The position numbers and the translations under genes are program-made. From Corallochytrium limacisporum Hawaii (lineage: Eukaryota > Protista > Pluriformea): DNA of 64,000 bases. Under the pieces are notes generated by a model. That model did not search any database, had not been told where the DNA came from, and saw only the letters and a list, made by a program, of their open reading frames with translations. Location of the stretch: contig PDIP01000087.1 of assembly GCA_002811645.1 (NCBI GenBank), positions 62,001-126,000 of the forward strand, given 5' to 3'. This document shows positions 62,174 through 64,000 of this stretch, in pieces; position 1 is the stretch's first letter; every line of letters begins with the position of its first letter.

Positions 62174-62943
62174 GGGGGGGGGAGGGGGAGAGGTTAGAAC
62201 GTCGTCGTCTGCCTTTTGAAAAAGGGGGGGCGGGGCGTGCGTGCCTGCCTGGCGTGCTGCAGTTATGGCGTGCGGGCGTGTGTGTACGTGTCTCTGCGAG
62301 TGCGTGTGCCATGGCGCCGACCGAGGTATCTCTTCTGAGAGATGGAAGAAATCAAACAAACTCGTCAGAGTCACAATGTCAGTAGTGAATGTACCACAGA
62401 AAATTTACAAGGCCCATGACGACAGAAGGAAATTGGGAAGAGAGTGCGCGGCAGACACCGATGATCTGTCCTTAATTATCGTTTCCCTTACCCATTGATC
62501 ATACATTCAGTATGAAACATCCTGCTTTCGTGAACATCTCGATCTCAGCATGATCAGAACCCGTCCCCTTGGTTGGCGCGCCCACCCTCCCCTTACCCCC
62601 ATCGGCCGCTCCCTTCCCATACTGAAAGTACCGCTCCCCTCACCTTCTCTGGTCCTCCTTTCAGCCAATCGCCAACGTCGTATCACAGGCGACAGGTAAG
62701 CGAAATAGCGGCAGAAAAAATACCGGCCAAAAGCAATAACAAAAAGGCCAAGGAAGGAAAGGAAAAAAAAAAGAAAGTGTGGAGCATTGGCTATTGAGGC
62801 AGTTTTTGTGGGGGCTTTTGCAGTATATTTTATACGGCATAAAGAGCAAATGGTTGCGGGCCTTTTGGGTGTTTTCTGATTCACACAACCACCCGACCCC
62901 GCCCGGGCCCGATCGGCGGTGGTTTGGGGGAGGTGGGGGGGGG

Positions 62944-62991
62944 NNNNNNNNNNNNNNNNNNNNNNNNNNNNNNNNNNNNNNNNNNNNNNNN
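62944..62991. other. Assembly gap within a poly-G tract
   Basis: N run flanked by G-runs. Confidence 1.
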
Positions 62992-64000
62992 GGGGGGGAG
63001 TAGTGGAGAAGGGGGGGCTCAGGTAAAAGAAAGACGTTTGGTCGCGCAGTACGACACGCACCGGCGGAGGCTATTTTTGTATCCGAATCGTCCTCTTCCA
63101 TCTCGTTCTGCGTGTTTGGCTTCCGGGCGAGCGATAGGTGAAGTAATCCACACCACCGCATTCGTCCGGTACATTTGCTATATGATCTCTTCATCGCACA
63201 CCGATTACTACGGAATGACCGATTTTCGGGCCGTCCCAACGTCTTCATCAGCTGGTGTGAGTGATGAAGTTTCGCTTGCTTAGATGATGTGATCTGGCCC
63301 AGCTTTTTAATTGGCTGTTTGGTTGTGTTGGGCCTCCTAGGACAAAAACGCGAGTAGTAGGACCATGACATGATGCTGCGTTGGAGCATAACGTTCATGC
63401 TTTGCTGTGGACCAATAACACGCCCAGTGGCAACCGATAGGGACCAGGATGCAACAACGATCACGGAAAACAAGTGGGTTAGTGGTGTCTTGTCGTTTTG
63501 GGACATCTAAGCATGGTAAGAGATTTGGTGAACTTCTTAGAACTCAGTTGGTTGGTGTCTATTGACTTTCGCGGGAGCGCCATCGGAGAGCCGATGAGGT
63601 GATGGTTGGCCTGAGTGAGACGGTACTGGGCAATCAGCAGAGACCGAACATGCACTCTTGACATGGATTCAGGTACTAAAGAGGGGATTGAGCGCAACTA
63701 GTTTCCTGCTTCCAGTATGCGAGAGCCCTAGGATCGGCCGAGTCTGGGGCCTGAACCTGCTAGGGACCTATGATCAATAAAATATAACATCCAGTAGTTT
63801 TTAATGGTGAAATAGTCTATATTGATAAATATGGAATTTTACCGGGAATCACGTCCTGGAAAGTACCAAGCCGTTAAATAAATCAATTTTTCATGAGTGT
63901 TGCGTACGCGTCCGCGCCAGGCAAACCGGCCCCCCCCCCCCGGTGGGGTTCTGCGGGCTTTCCACCAGTCCACCATTGCCAGAGAGTGGCTGGAGGGAAG

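Noticed and set aside
62040-62225. 36-nt direct repeat flanking an N gap (possible TSD, LTR or CRISPR-like repeat)
   Set aside because: Only two copies, bracketing a gap between poly-G tracts. Most likely overlapping contig ends from scaffolding.
62661-63697. ORFs near the right end (possible transposon or gene remnant)
   Set aside because: They span an N gap or are short, and show no RT, transposase or other recognisable motifs.
1-64000. Functional gene cluster or prokaryotic-type system (operon, CRISPR, defence island) around NHase, AOX or DAHP synthase
   Set aside because: The neighbours are unrelated eukaryotic housekeeping genes, with no arrays, cas genes or pathway clustering.

Overview
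This is a gene-dense, nearly intron-free eukaryotic nuclear window with about 27 protein-coding genes, many in tight convergent or divergent pairs, separated by intergenic DNA rich in G/C homopolymers. The gene content mixes animal-like genes (Myt1-type kinase, Vav-like RhoGEF, RdgB-beta/PITPNC1, separate WIPI3- and WIPI4-like PROPPINs, ANKRD16) with genes vertebrates lack (DAHP synthase, alternative oxidase, fused beta-alpha nitrile hydratase). That suggests an intron-poor unicellular holozoan such as a Corallochytrium-like organism (inference). Only one spliceosomal intron is evident, in NOP58. It contains a box C/D snoRNA whose guide matches the 18S rRNA site targeted by vertebrate SNORD70, which is also hosted by NOP58. 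Other highlights: a head-to-head WIPI3/WIPI4 pair, a Plus3 + SP-RING fusion protein, a GxWxG-like domain fused to an HSL-family esterase, a Vav-like GEF lacking SH2/SH3, and E2F-type sites upstream of cell-cycle genes. There are four assembly gaps. All assignments come from recalled motifs; no database searches were run.
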